Source: Candidatus Dormiibacterota bacterium (lineage in GTDB: Bacteria > Chloroflexota > Dormibacteria > Aeolococcales > Aeolococcaceae). Taken from it: a stretch of DNA of 64,000 nucleotides. Positions 10,034 to 19,607 of the stretch are shown here, piece by piece. The DNA lies in assembly GCA_963708605.1 (NCBI GenBank), contig CAVPTG010000007.1, forward strand, positions 16,288-80,287, written 5' to 3'. Position numbers and translations under genes: made by a program. Under the pieces are notes generated by a model that ran no database searches, had not been told where the DNA came from, and saw nothing but the letters and a program-made list of their open reading frames with translations. The first letter of the stretch is position 1. Each line of letters opens with the position of its first letter.

Positions 10034-11267
10034 GTGCTGACAGTGACGCAGTCTACCGAACCCCCGCTCGACGAGACACCCTCGCCACCTTCAAGTAGTG
10101 GGCGCCGGCGTCCGACCCGACGTGATCCAGGTGACGGTTCGATCTTTCAGCGAACCGATGGCCGCTGGGTCGCGAGGCTCCGAGTTCCTCACGGCGCCGG
10201 GTCATCCCGCTATTTCTATGCGAAGACCAAGGGGGAGGCGAAGGTCCGTCTGGCCGAGGCGAAGCGAGCGATCGAGGACGGTCGGCCGCTGCCCGATCAG
10301 CGGGTCACCGTGGGCACGTACCTCCAGGTGTGGCTCGCCGGTTTGCCGGTTGGCACCGCCAAGGCGTCGACGATCGCCTATTACGAGAAGTACGTCCGCC
10401 TCCACATCCTCACGAGCGATCTGGCGAGGAAGCCGCTGGCGCGCCTCGATGCCGCCGACCTCCGGCGCCTGTACGCCGAGAAGCTCGCCGACGGGGCTGA
10501 GCTCCACCACGGTCCACCACCTGCACGCGGTCATCCATCGGGCACTCAACAGCGCAGTCGAGGACGGCAAGCTGTCGCGCAACGTCGCGTCGCTCATCGG
10601 TCGAAGCAATCGCCCGAAGGTCGCCCGGAGGGAGATGGTCACTATCGCCAATGGCGACCAACCCCGCCGGTTCCTCATCGCTGCCAAAGGCGAGCGGCTC
10701 GAGGCGCTCCTGGTGCTCGCGCTCACGACCGGACTGCGCAAGGGCGAACTGCGCGCGCTGCGCTGGAAGGACGTGGACCTCGACCGCGGCGTGCTGGCTG
10801 TCCGCGGCTCGCTCATGGGCACAGCCAGGGCGGACATGGCGATCGGCACGCCGAAGAATGGCAAGGAGCGCGCCGTGTCGCTCGGGTCGACCGCTGTGAC
10901 AGCCCTCGGCGACCATCGGGCGCGTCAGCTCGAGGAGCGCAAGGTTGTGCCGATCCGTGGTGACCTCGGACTGGTGTTCTGCACTGAGTGGGGCGAGTTC
11001 CTACCCACGAACACCATTGTGCTCGCGCTTGAGCGGGTGCTCGCGCGCGCCGGCCTTCCGCACATTCGGTTCCATGACCTTCGGCACACTGCCGCCACCC
11101 TCATGCTCCAGCAAGGCGTCCATCCGAAGATGGCGTCGGAGATGCTCGGACACAGCAACGTGGCGATCACGCTCGACCTCTACTCGCACATCACGCCAAC
11201 GATGCAGCGCCAGGCCGCGGACGCCATCGAGCGCGCGCTGACCGACCCTCTCGTGATCCGATCGTAG
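10034..11267 (+). CDS. int: Tyrosine integrase (frameshift in GGGG near 10495)
   Basis: GDGSIFQRTDGRWVA arm domain; TGLRKGEL, FHDLRHTAAT, LGHSNVAITLDLYSH catalytic motifs. Confidence 0.93.
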
Positions 11268-11284
11268 GAAGATCGAGGGCCAAG

Positions 11285-11662
11285 ATGCGGTATCAGCAAC
11301 CCGGGTCGAGCCCTGAGATCGATTCCTCAGAGATCGAAATCCCCGACGAGCGCGACTGGGGCACCGGGAGTTTCACGACGAACTTTTTGCCGTCCGCTCT
11401 AACAGCGACCAAGGCCATTTTCTCCGTCATGGCGAACCCTCCCACGTTCTTCATAACCGCGACCATGGGCGTGGGCGGCGACATCATCGCCGTTCTCGGC
11501 GAAGTGGACGGCTCGACCGGCAAAGATCACCGGGTGTTCCTTCTTCCCAGGAATCTCGACCCGGAGCCAGCTCATTCCCTAGTCATTCACTTCAAGGATT
11601 GGCGTCTCGTTCAGGCCGATCTTGACGGCGTCTACCTAGCCACCAAGACCACGACCACATAG
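11285..11662 (+). CDS. Hypothetical cargo protein
   Basis: 125-aa ORF with normal protein composition downstream of int. Confidence 0.55.
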   Translation: MRYQQPGSSPEIDSSEIEIPDERDWGTGSFTTNFLPSALTATKAIFSVMANPPTFFITATMGVGGDIIAVLGEVDGSTGKDHRVFLLPRNLDPEPAHSLVIHFKDWRLVQADLDGVYLATKTTTT

Positions 11663-11667
11663 TCGGA

Positions 11668-13891
11668 TCACGATGGCGAACTGATGTCCAGGCCACCACG
11701 GATAGGGGTCATGCGGTGGTTTCCAGCCACTAACTGCCGCCGAAGATCGAGGGGATCGACCCCGCGCGTTTGAGGGTGAGCAGCTGATTGCGCATCTGCT
11801 TGGCGGTCGCCTCTGGACTCTGCGCGCGCCGGGATGTGGAAGTGGATACCGCCGTTCACGTTGACGCCGCCGCCCCCGCCGCCGTTCGGGGCGACGCTGG
11901 CGATGTTGATCCCGTTGCCGCCGGCCAGCGCCTGCTTGATGATCGAGCCCGTCTGGTTGTAGGCCAGGCTCGTCCCCACCGCTCGGGCGTCCGCGATGAT
12001 CCCCTGGATCAGCCCTGCGGCCCGGATCGCGTCGGCGGTGGCGTTGCGGGTGGCGATGATCTCCGCGGTCATGGCCGCGTGGTAGTCGCGCATGTCCTGC
12101 TGAGCGGTGTCAGTGCCCCGCTTGACCGCCTCGTTGTATGCCTTGATCCTGGCGAGACGGTCGTCCTCCTCCCTCTGCAAGGCGAGGTTGCGCCAGTTGT
12201 TCGGACCACCGCGACCGGTCCCAGCGCCTCCTGCGCCAACCCCCTCCCCGGGCTTAGTGGTATGCCCTCCGGTCAGGATGTTGTAGAAGTCGAAGAGAAC
12301 CCCGCCGGCGACGACCGCGCCAGCCGCGACCGTCACGCCGCGCTGCGATCGATCCGCCGCCGCCGGCACCTTCGGCCGCGTTCACAGCCCCGCTCCCGGC
12401 ACCGCCGCCGCCGGCCATCATTTCCCAGTTAGTGACGAACACCCGCTGACCGGCCGCGGACGAGGCGGCACCGAGCACACCCCCGCCGGACGAGGACGAG
12501 CTGCCAAGCCCGGTGATCGCATGGAGGAGGTTCCCCGCGACGTTCCCGGTCAACAGGGTCTTCAAGTCGCCGAGCACGCTGCCCGCGGCCGTCTTGATCT
12601 TCGCTCCCGCCCAGAGCGCGGTCATGGTTCCTGCGAAGGCTTCGAACACAGTCTTGTGGTCGACGATGAAGCCGATCACATCCTTCACCGGGGGATACAG
12701 GTCGTTGGCGATGAAGCTGCCGGCGTCCTGCGCCGCGGTGCCGAGGAATTGCACCGCGTTGACCGCGAAGCTCTCGATCTGCGCCTCGTGGCCGCTCACC
12801 CACTTGGCGATGTTGTCGAGCCCCGGGAGCAGCGCCTGGCCCGGCCACCCGAGCGACGCTCTGCATGTCCGCGCCCATGGTCGCGAACGGATTTGCCGGC
12901 CACATAGGACGATGCGGCCGCCCCCCACGTGCTTCTCGATCGGTGGTCGAGCGACGCTGCGGGCAGGTTGCGCGAACTGGTTCGCTCATCGCCTTGGTGT
13001 CGGTGGCTCACCTTCAGGGTCGCTAGCATCGAGCTTCTCGTGCGCGGCGATCGTGCTGTGCGCGCTGCCCTGTCCGTATTTGTCGAGCAGCAAGCTGATA
13101 CGCCTGCTGCGCCTTCTCCGCAGCCGCCGTTGCGCTGTTGAGCGCCGTCATCTTGGGGACGATGGTTGGCAGGATGATGCCCAGGTCCTGCAGCCCTCGT
13201 CCCTGTCCTTGGGTGGCTGTTGAGCAGGTCATCCATGGACGTGCCGAGGTCCGAGACGCCATCAGCAGAGTTTGCATCGCGCGAGGTCGCGGCGATCCAT
13301 GTCACTGGCGCCGCATCTGCTCGGTCGACCGGGATGCGTGCCTGGTGCGAGCTTCAGCAGGGCTGCGTGGTTGACTCGGTCCTCGATGAATCCGACGTGC
13401 GGCCAGCTTGTCCAGCAGTGAGCGTCGATCGGCTGCATCGGTAACCCGAGCTAGGTGGTAGCGCCTGCATGCTTCGGGCTCTGCAGTGCGGTCCGGCGAA
13501 TGCCGCCCCATTTGCGTCGTCGTATATGCCTGCGGCGATGAGGATCATCGCTGCTGGACTGCAGCCGCCTTCACGCCCTCGGCCGCCCTGCGGCCCCGCC
13601 AAAGAGCGCGCCGATCCCGGCGGTCTGGCCGACCATGGAGACGCATGCCGCCGAGCGCGCCCTTGATCGAACTGCCAACGCTTGCCGAATGCCTTGTCGA
13701 GCAGGGAGACGTTCTTCACGCCCTTGCCGCCGATCTCGCTCTCCGCAGCCTTGCCGATGCCGCCCATGCCGCCGCTCACATTGCCGAGCCGCGAACTCCA
13801 GGGATCCGGCGGCGGCCTCACCCTCGCCGGCGGCACGGACCAGGCCGGCGGATGAGCCGGTGATGTCGACAAAGAATTACTCTATGGACAT
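11668..13891 (-). CDS. Phage tail tape-measure-like protein (multiple frameshifts)
   Basis: Stitched frames: VDITGSSAGLVRAAGEGEAA..., GLQDLGII, ALLPGLDNIAKWVSGH..., GQRVFVTNW, GGGVNVNGGIHFHI; Ala/Gly-rich helical composition; about 740 codons. Confidence 0.65.
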
Positions 13892-14116
13892 GCGTCAGGT
13901 CGCTCGACGTGTCGTTGCCACGCCCCCAGCGTGGCGGTCCCGAGGAGTTGCTCGCGCTGGGATCCGACTTACTATCGCGGGGCACACTCGACCGCGAAAT
14001 AGGACACCGATCGGCGAGCGTTCGGCGCTGAAATGCGTTACACTGCAACGGAAAAGGGCCGCGCTGCTACTGAACAGCCGGCCCCGTGGCCAGACCCTGG
14101 ATTGGAGGACCTGACA

Positions 14117-14482
14117 ATGGCAATCGTACCCTGTGACCCCGTCACATCACCCGCCGCTGGTATCGGCGCGCCGTTCGCAGCATGGCACCGTGACGGGGGG
14201 TGTGACACAGCACGTGACCCCCTCACACCGAGCTGGACCCGCCAGCGTCTGGAGCGTGTCGCGCGACGTCATGGCCTGCAGCTCGTCGAGACGAGGCATC
14301 GCTGGAGCGAGGCCGACGGCGGGGGCGAGGGCGGATTCGGGCTCGTGGATTGGGAAGGTGGGGTGATCGCCTATGGCGGCGGCCTTCCCTGGCCGGGCGC
14401 AACCCTCGAGGAGGTCATCGACTTTCTGCATTCGCCGGAAGCCGAGGCGAAGGTGTGGAGGATGGAGAACTGGGGTCTGTGA
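14117..14482 (+). CDS. Hypothetical protein
   Basis: ATG after GGAGGA; in frame with ORF 14033-14482; stop overlaps the recombinase start. Confidence 0.55.
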   Translation: MAIVPCDPVTSPAAGIGAPFAAWHRDGGCDTARDPLTPSWTRQRLERVARRHGLQLVETRHRWSEADGGGEGGFGLVDWEGGVIAYGGGLPWPGATLEEVIDFLHSPEAEAKVWRMENWGL

Positions 14483-15525
14483 CCTCAGTCAAGAGGCGCA
14501 GGCGGGCCCGAATGGGCCCGCCACATCCCCGGGCCACGCGACCCAGTGCCGGCGCAGTTCGGCACCTACCTTGAGTGGCTGAGTGTCGAGCGCAACCGTC
14601 CCCGCACGACCGTCCGCACCTACCGGCAGGATCTCGCGAAATTCGTGGCGTTCCTGTCGACCACTGTCGACCTGCGCAGTCCTGACGTGCTCGAGGGCGT
14701 CGACCGGGCGGTGCTTCGGCGCTATCAGATCGAGCTCGCCGACGTGCTGCCCAATCCACGAACGCGCAACCGTTCCCTGGTGGTGCTGCGCAACTTCCTC
14801 CGCTTCGCCTATGACGAGGGTTGGACCGACGAAGGAGTTGAGCCGGCAGGTCACCCTGCCACGCTTCGTGATGGGCGACCCGCACCCGATCCCCACCGAA
14901 GACGTTCCAAAGCTGCTCGCCGCGTTGCCGAAGCGCAACCTGCGTGACCAGCGTGACCGGGCACTGGTGGCCTTCCTGATGGCGTCCGGCTGCCGCATCG
15001 CCGAGGCGCTGGCGCTGAATCGCGGCGACGTGCGCGCCGACGGCTTCCGCGTGCTCGGCAAGGGTGGAAAGCATCGAACCGTATACGTCACCGCGGCGGC
15101 ACTGGCGACGGTGCGCGAGTATCTGCGCCGGCGGGGTCCGGATCTGTCGCCGGCTCTGTTCATCAGCCTTGCGCGGAAGGACGTCTTTCAGGGTGTGCAG
15201 GCGGACAATCGGCTGACAGACAGATGGCGCCAGGAGGGCCGTGGCGGCGCTGCGCGGCCGGATGAGCACCGATGCCGAGAGCTTCCGGCTGTGGAGGGGC
15301 TTGCATTCGCCTCACGTCGCGCGTCACACCGCGGCGACCACGCTCCTCGAGGCGACCGACGGCGACGTGCGCCTGGTGCAGGAAGTCCTCGGCCACGCGT
15401 CGCTCTCGACCATGCAGATCTACACCGAGATCACCGACAAGCGGAAGAAGGAGGCCTATCGCCGGCTGAGCGCCTACCTCACCGGCGTCGCCAACCCTGA
15501 ACACCAGTCCGGCGCGCATCGATGA
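14479..15525 (+). CDS. Second tyrosine recombinase, XerC/D-like (2-3 frameshifts)
   Basis: [23 protein letters not shown] (SAM-like), [49 protein letters not shown]. Confidence 0.85.
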
Positions 15526-15785
15526 GCGTCCAGTGGAACCCGGAGCCAGGCGCGACGTTGCCATGGTGGCTCACCGAGGAGCTGCCGGCCGGGACAGGGA
15601 CCGCGATGGTGCGGTGTCTCGCCGTTCTCGCGGCGTTCCTTGCTGACGAGCTCGCGCTACCAGCAGGGACAGTGCCCGCGCTGCTGCGCGCAGCTCTCGA
15701 CGACTACAGCCGGTCGGATGGGCCGATGGGCGTCGAGCGTGGTCTGTTGAGCGTGTATGACGCTGTGCGCGCCGCCTTCGGTTAG
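15522..15785 (+). CDS. Hypothetical protein
   Basis: ATGA overlap with the recombinase stop. Confidence 0.6.
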   Translation: MSVQWNPEPGATLPWWLTEELPAGTGTAMVRCLAVLAAFLADELALPAGTVPALLRAALDDYSRSDGPMGVERGLLSVYDAVRAAFG

Positions 15786-15997
15786 CGGACTGATGTTCGG
15801 CCGAGGTGGCTTATGGAAACGGGGGTCGTTACGGTGGCTGGGCTGCTGAGCCCGCCGTACACCGGGCCACCGACGTAGGCCGGCATCAGCACGGCCTGGT
15901 GCGGTGGCGCGGGCTGGAGAACGATGGCGAGCCCGATTGCGATGCCGAGCGCCACTGCTGACAGGATGGCCAGCCGGAGCGCGTTCACCTTCCTCAC
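15782..15997 (-). CDS. Small single-TM protein (leaderless)
   Basis: MRKVNALRLAILSAVALGIAIGLAIVL; TATACT 7 nt upstream of GTG. Confidence 0.65.
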   Translation of the reverse strand: MRKVNALRLAILSAVALGIAIGLAIVLQPAPPHQAVLMPAYVGGPVYGGLSSPATVTTPVSISHLGRTSVR

Positions 15998-16073
15998 GGG
16001 GCTGAGTATAGAAGGCCCGCGAACACGACCGCCGAGGTTGCTATGGGCTCAGCTCTGACCCGACAATGGGCGG

Positions 16074-16229
16074 GTGAGAGCTTGGGTCATCGTGCTCGCT
16101 CCGCTGCTTGCGCTCGCTGTCCTCGGCCTGGCGCTGCATATGGTCACACGATGGGAACTCGCGGTCTTTGCCGCGGCCTTCGGTGTGCTGGTCGGCACGA
16201 CGCGAGTGCTCGATCAGAAGTTGAGGTAA
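16074..16229 (+). CDS. 51-aa two-TM microprotein (below ORF-track cutoff)
   Basis: MRAWVIVLAPLLALAVLGLALHMVTRWELAVFAAAFGVLVGTTRVLDQKLR; GACAAT 6 nt upstream of GTG. Confidence 0.6.
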   Translation: MRAWVIVLAPLLALAVLGLALHMVTRWELAVFAAAFGVLVGTTRVLDQKLR

Positions 16230-16239
16230 GGCAACCCGG

Positions 16240-16410
16240 TCAGCGTTTCCCCGGTGCTCTCACATCGGGCGCGTAGACCGCGATCCCCAGAAGCACCACG
16301 AGCAATGGCCATGGCAGCCCGAAGGGCCGGATGCGCAGGATCCAGAGGATCACCGACAGGAGTAGGAGCGCTCCCACGATGGGCCAGCGTCCCTTCTGGA
16401 GCCCAAGCAC
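16240..16410 (-). CDS. 56-aa two-TM microprotein (below ORF-track cutoff)
   Basis: MLGLQKGRWPIVGALLLLSVILWILRIRPFGLPWPLLVVLLGIAVYAPDVRAPGKR; CACACT 7 nt upstream of GTG. Confidence 0.6.
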   Translation of the reverse strand: MLGLQKGRWPIVGALLLLSVILWILRIRPFGLPWPLLVVLLGIAVYAPDVRAPGKR

Positions 16411-16425
16411 ACGCGCAAGTGTGCG

Positions 16426-16974
16426 CTAGCAGGCAGGGTCACCGCCAGGATTGTGCGAGAGCAGCGGCATGGTCCAATACTGATTGCCACCAGCACCCTG
16501 GTTGGTCAGGAACGATCCATAGCCGTAGTTGTCCACGATCGCGACCGCCGGGTTGCACTCCTGACCATCGGGTCCATTGCCGTTGTAGAACGGACTGTAA
16601 TAGGCGCCGTGGTTCTGCGCCCCGGCCGGGGTAATGCCTCCAAATCCGCTCTGGTAGTACACCGGATTGGTATTGACCCCCGGCCAGTCCTCGAGCGTCA
16701 CGGCGCTGTTGGTGTTATCCATGTCGTTGTCGGAACTGGTCCATTCCATTCCGACCAGCGTGTTGTTGATGCAGATGCCCGAGTGGTTGACCCATTCCTC
16801 AAGGTAGACGTAGACCTGCCCGCTGCCGTAGGGGAAATGGCCGGCCTGCGCTGTGCGGGTGAAATTGTTGAGGTTGGTGCAACCGTTCGCCGAGGCGATC
16901 TTCGGCGATCCGATGGCGAAGGCCGACACCGTTCCGAGGATGGCAACCGTCAGGAGCGCGAGGCGTCGTTTCAC
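16426..16974 (-). CDS. Secreted Asn/Gly/Tyr-rich protein
   Basis: Signal peptide MKRRLALLTVAILGTVSAFA...ASA; four Cys in the mature part. Confidence 0.75.
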   Translation of the reverse strand: MKRRLALLTVAILGTVSAFAIGSPKIASANGCTNLNNFTRTAQAGHFPYGSGQVYVYLEEWVNHSGICINNTLVGMEWTSSDNDMDNTNSAVTLEDWPGVNTNPVYYQSGFGGITPAGAQNHGAYYSPFYNGNGPDGQECNPAVAIVDNYGYGSFLTNQGAGGNQYWTMPLLSHNPGGDPAC

Positions 16975-17017
16975 TCCCCGACGTTGCGATCAGGCCGAAC
17001 TTGCCCCGTTCACGCGC

Positions 17018-17362
17018 TCAGTCGAACCACCCGGGTAAAAGCCCGGGCAGTGCGGATGGCAGGATCTCATCCACCCACCAGTTGCGCGTGCTCGGGACGG
17101 TTTGGCCCGGTGCAACGACGTCGGGGAGGGGATACGCGGCTCTCACCACCCTCGCGTCGCCCACACGCGTCCAGTGATTGCCGGCCGCATCGATGCAGCG
17201 CCAGAGCGCCCACTCGTCGGCGTCACGCGGAAGGTCCGGAAACTGAGCCCAATCGATGCCGTCGTGGAAACCAGGGACCTGAGCCACCGGCAAGAGGGTT
17301 ACATGGTCCGTCCAGGCGAGCTCGCCGACCGGGCCCTCCATGGACACGTGCAACGCGGTCAC
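17018..17362 (-). CDS. Hypothetical Trp-rich protein
   Basis: 4-nt overlap with the upstream gene in the minus-strand operon. Confidence 0.6.
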   Translation of the reverse strand: MTALHVSMEGPVGELAWTDHVTLLPVAQVPGFHDGIDWAQFPDLPRDADEWALWRCIDAAGNHWTRVGDARVVRAAYPLPDVVAPGQTVPSTRNWWVDEILPSALPGLLPGWFD

Positions 17363-17544
17363 GCGAACACCGCCGCCTCAACCGGCAGGAGCCCGTCCTC
17401 CGCGGCCTCGTTGAGCGCGTCGGCCTCCGGATGCCCGCAGTGACCTTCGCGTTCCCAGCACTCCGCGCACAACGCGCCCTCGCACCACCAGCAGATCTCA
17501 TCGCAGCCCGGAGCAATCCCGACACCGCAACATCCGCAGGTCAC
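17359..17544 (-). CDS. Small Cys-rich zinc-finger protein
   Basis: MTCGCCG...[21 protein letters not shown]. Confidence 0.65.
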   Translation of the reverse strand: MTCGCCGVGIAPGCDEICWWCEGALCAECWEREGHCGHPEADALNEAAEDGLLPVEAAVFA

Positions 17545-18054
17545 GCGGTCGCCTCGAACTCGAATGGCGGCGTCTGACAGAACCCTCTATGCCCGGCGAA
17601 ATAGCCGCACCGTGGCGATCCGCCGCGTCCTCCACAGTGGTCCCGTTGGTTTCGCCGGCGGTTGCGCGCCTGCGTCGAAGCGGTAGCCCAACGAGCGTTA
17701 TCCGGGCTGTATGGGCCATTGACGTCGATGCGATCGAGGGTCATCCCGAACGGCCGCGGGCCCATGTCGGCGAGAAAGTTCTCGAACCGATCCCAGCGCG
17801 GATCGATGGTGATGCCGCGGCCGCCGTAGTTGCCGAAATGCAGGTGGTGGGCGTTCCGGACCCGCTCGCGCATGCTTATCCAGCTCTTGTATTCGGGTGT
17901 TTGACCGCCTCTCGAGGCGGCGCCATGGGTGGTACGGGCTCGGGCGGCGGCCGGCATCGCCGTGCTCTCCCAGCAGGCGACACACAGCGGCGTCCGGCAA
18001 TGCCAGCAGTGCTCCGACCTGGTCGATCTCGCCCCCGCACCGACCGCAGGTCAT
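17541..18054 (-). CDS. Zinc-finger + phage HNH-like endonuclease (frameshift near 18015)
   Basis: [12 protein letters not shown]...[42 protein letters not shown]; upstream Cys-rich segment joined by one shift. Confidence 0.75.
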
Positions 18055-18066
18055 GGGATCAGGCAG

Positions 18067-18322
18067 CTACCAGAGCGGCTGCCAGTGGGCGCCGGCGTCG
18101 CCGACGGGATTCGTGCCCTTGAGGCCGGAGACCTTGGTCACGTAGACGTGCCCGTCAGACCCGGTGGCCTGGGCGCCGAGCGCGTAGCTGATCGATGCGC
18201 TCCATGTGGCAACGTCCTGGTGGACAACCGCGAACTGCTGTGTTCCGTCAGGCCAGGTCGGCTGACCCGAGATCGGGCGCAAGAAAGATCGTTCCTGTCG
18301 GTGCCGATGTCGGCGTGGTCAT
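18067..18322 (-). CDS. Small protein with CBM5/12 (ChtBD3)-like domain (frameshift near 18283)
   Basis: WSASISYALGAQATGSDGHVYVTK...NPVGDAGAHWQ aromatic spacing. Confidence 0.55.
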
Positions 18323-18919
18323 CGCTGAGGTGCGCCCCGGCCTGCGCACGTGCCGTTGCCGGCCGCAGACACAGCCAGCGGCGTGCGAGCGTACCCGATG
18401 CCATCGACCCAGGCGTCGTACCAGCGTCGGACGCTGCCCGGCGCCCTCGAGGTTCGCTGCGGTTGCCGAGGTCAGGCCGACGCGTCGCAGGCGATCGCGA
18501 AGGCGCGGGCGTCGGTCGACACGCGCGACCCTGACGGCGGATCTCGTCGCACCATGCCCTGGAGCGACGCCAGCGCTTCCTGCGGCGTCAACGCAGCGGG
18601 CACGGCGGGTGGCGCCACGGTGCGGGCTGCGGTGAGCACGACGGTTCGGGTCGAGCGTGAGCAGTGCGATGGCAGGCGTCCGGCGAGCTGCTTCGCGCAA
18701 CCGCGGTGAGCTGTGCGCGGCGTCAGGTAGCAAACGATCCTCGGGCACTGCCGCGAACCGTGGTTGCGCTGCCGGGTGGCATCCATGACCGCATCGGTGG
18801 CTGCGTCGTGTCGAGGCGTTCGCGCGGCGCAGCGCCGGATCTCGATGAGCGGCTCGCCGGTGCTCGAGCTGCGGTTCCGGCGTCCGCGGGTCTCGGATCA
18901 TCTCGCTGAGTGTCGGCAT
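18319..18919 (-). CDS. Hypothetical protein, frameshifted
   Basis: ATG after GGAGA (MPTLSEMIRDP...); fragments in several frames; ATGA overlap with the next gene. Confidence 0.35.
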
Positions 18920-19100
18920 GTTGGTCTCCAGGTGGTGAGGCGAATGAGGGCGACGCCAACGGTGCCTAACCCGCAACCAAGAAGCACAGCCGTCCGTTGG
19001 CCGTCGCCTCGCCTGCATCTTCGCGCTGCGCGAGGGTTGCGTCCGCGGCGAACAGGCGCCACGATTAGGCGCGCTGGGCGAGCTTGAAGAAGGAGAAGCC

Positions 19101-19214
19101 ATGAGAGGACGCACTTGGGGGATGGAGGCTCAGACGATTGCGTTCTGCGTGGTCTGGGCGATCGGCCTGCTGATTCTTATCGCCGTTCTCAATGCCCTCA
19201 CCACGGTTAAGTAG
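19101..19214 (+). CDS. 30-37-aa single-TM microprotein
   Basis: (MRGRTWG)MEAQTIAFCVVWAIGLLILIAVLNALTTVK; AGGAGA upstream of 19101, alternative ATG at 19122. Confidence 0.5.
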   Translation: MRGRTWGMEAQTIAFCVVWAIGLLILIAVLNALTTVK

Positions 19215-19443
19215 CGTCTGGCGAGTGAGGGTGGCGACGCCCCAGGTGACGCAGCCAGGTGCAGTGGAAAACAGCCCAACCGCAGGGGCGCCGCCGTGAG
19301 TTGCGAGACGATGGCGCGCCCCGCACCGTCTTGACCCAGCGCGGGACGCGCCGACCGATCAACCACGACGATCATCGGGTATGGTCAGGTTTGCCGCTGC
19401 TGCGAGTGGAAAGTCTCGACCTCAGCGGTCATGATTGCCCGTA

Positions 19444-19599
19444 ATGGGAAGGCACGCGGTCGTGGCGGCAGCCGTGGCCTTCGTCGTCGTGGCAGTCTGG
19501 CTCGCCGTGGCGCTAGTCCTGGTCACGCCCGTCACGGCGCCGGGGCCGGCGCAAATCATCCCGACGTTCAGCGGCATCCCGAACGCCCTCTCGTCATGA
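19444..19599 (+). CDS. 51-aa single-TM microprotein
   Basis: MGRHAVVAAAVAFVVVAVWLAVALVLVTPVTAPGPAQIIPTFSGIPNALSS; CATGAT 8 nt upstream. Confidence 0.6.
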   Translation: MGRHAVVAAAVAFVVVAVWLAVALVLVTPVTAPGPAQIIPTFSGIPNALSS

Positions 19600-19607
19600 T
19601 TGCCCGC

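Noticed and set aside
10485-10505. Programmed frameshift in the integrase
   Set aside because: The shift lies in a GGGG run with no slippery heptamer, and similar single indels break essential genes such as hemB; sequencing error is more likely.
13960-14060. dif-like site for the XerC-like recombinase
   Set aside because: No convincing 11-6-11 arm structure; TACACT here is better read as a -10 element.
14479-16410. Integron (IntI plus attC cassettes)
   Set aside because: No repeated attC-like palindromes with GTTRRRY/RYYYAAC ends between the microgenes, and no IntI-specific insertion recognised.
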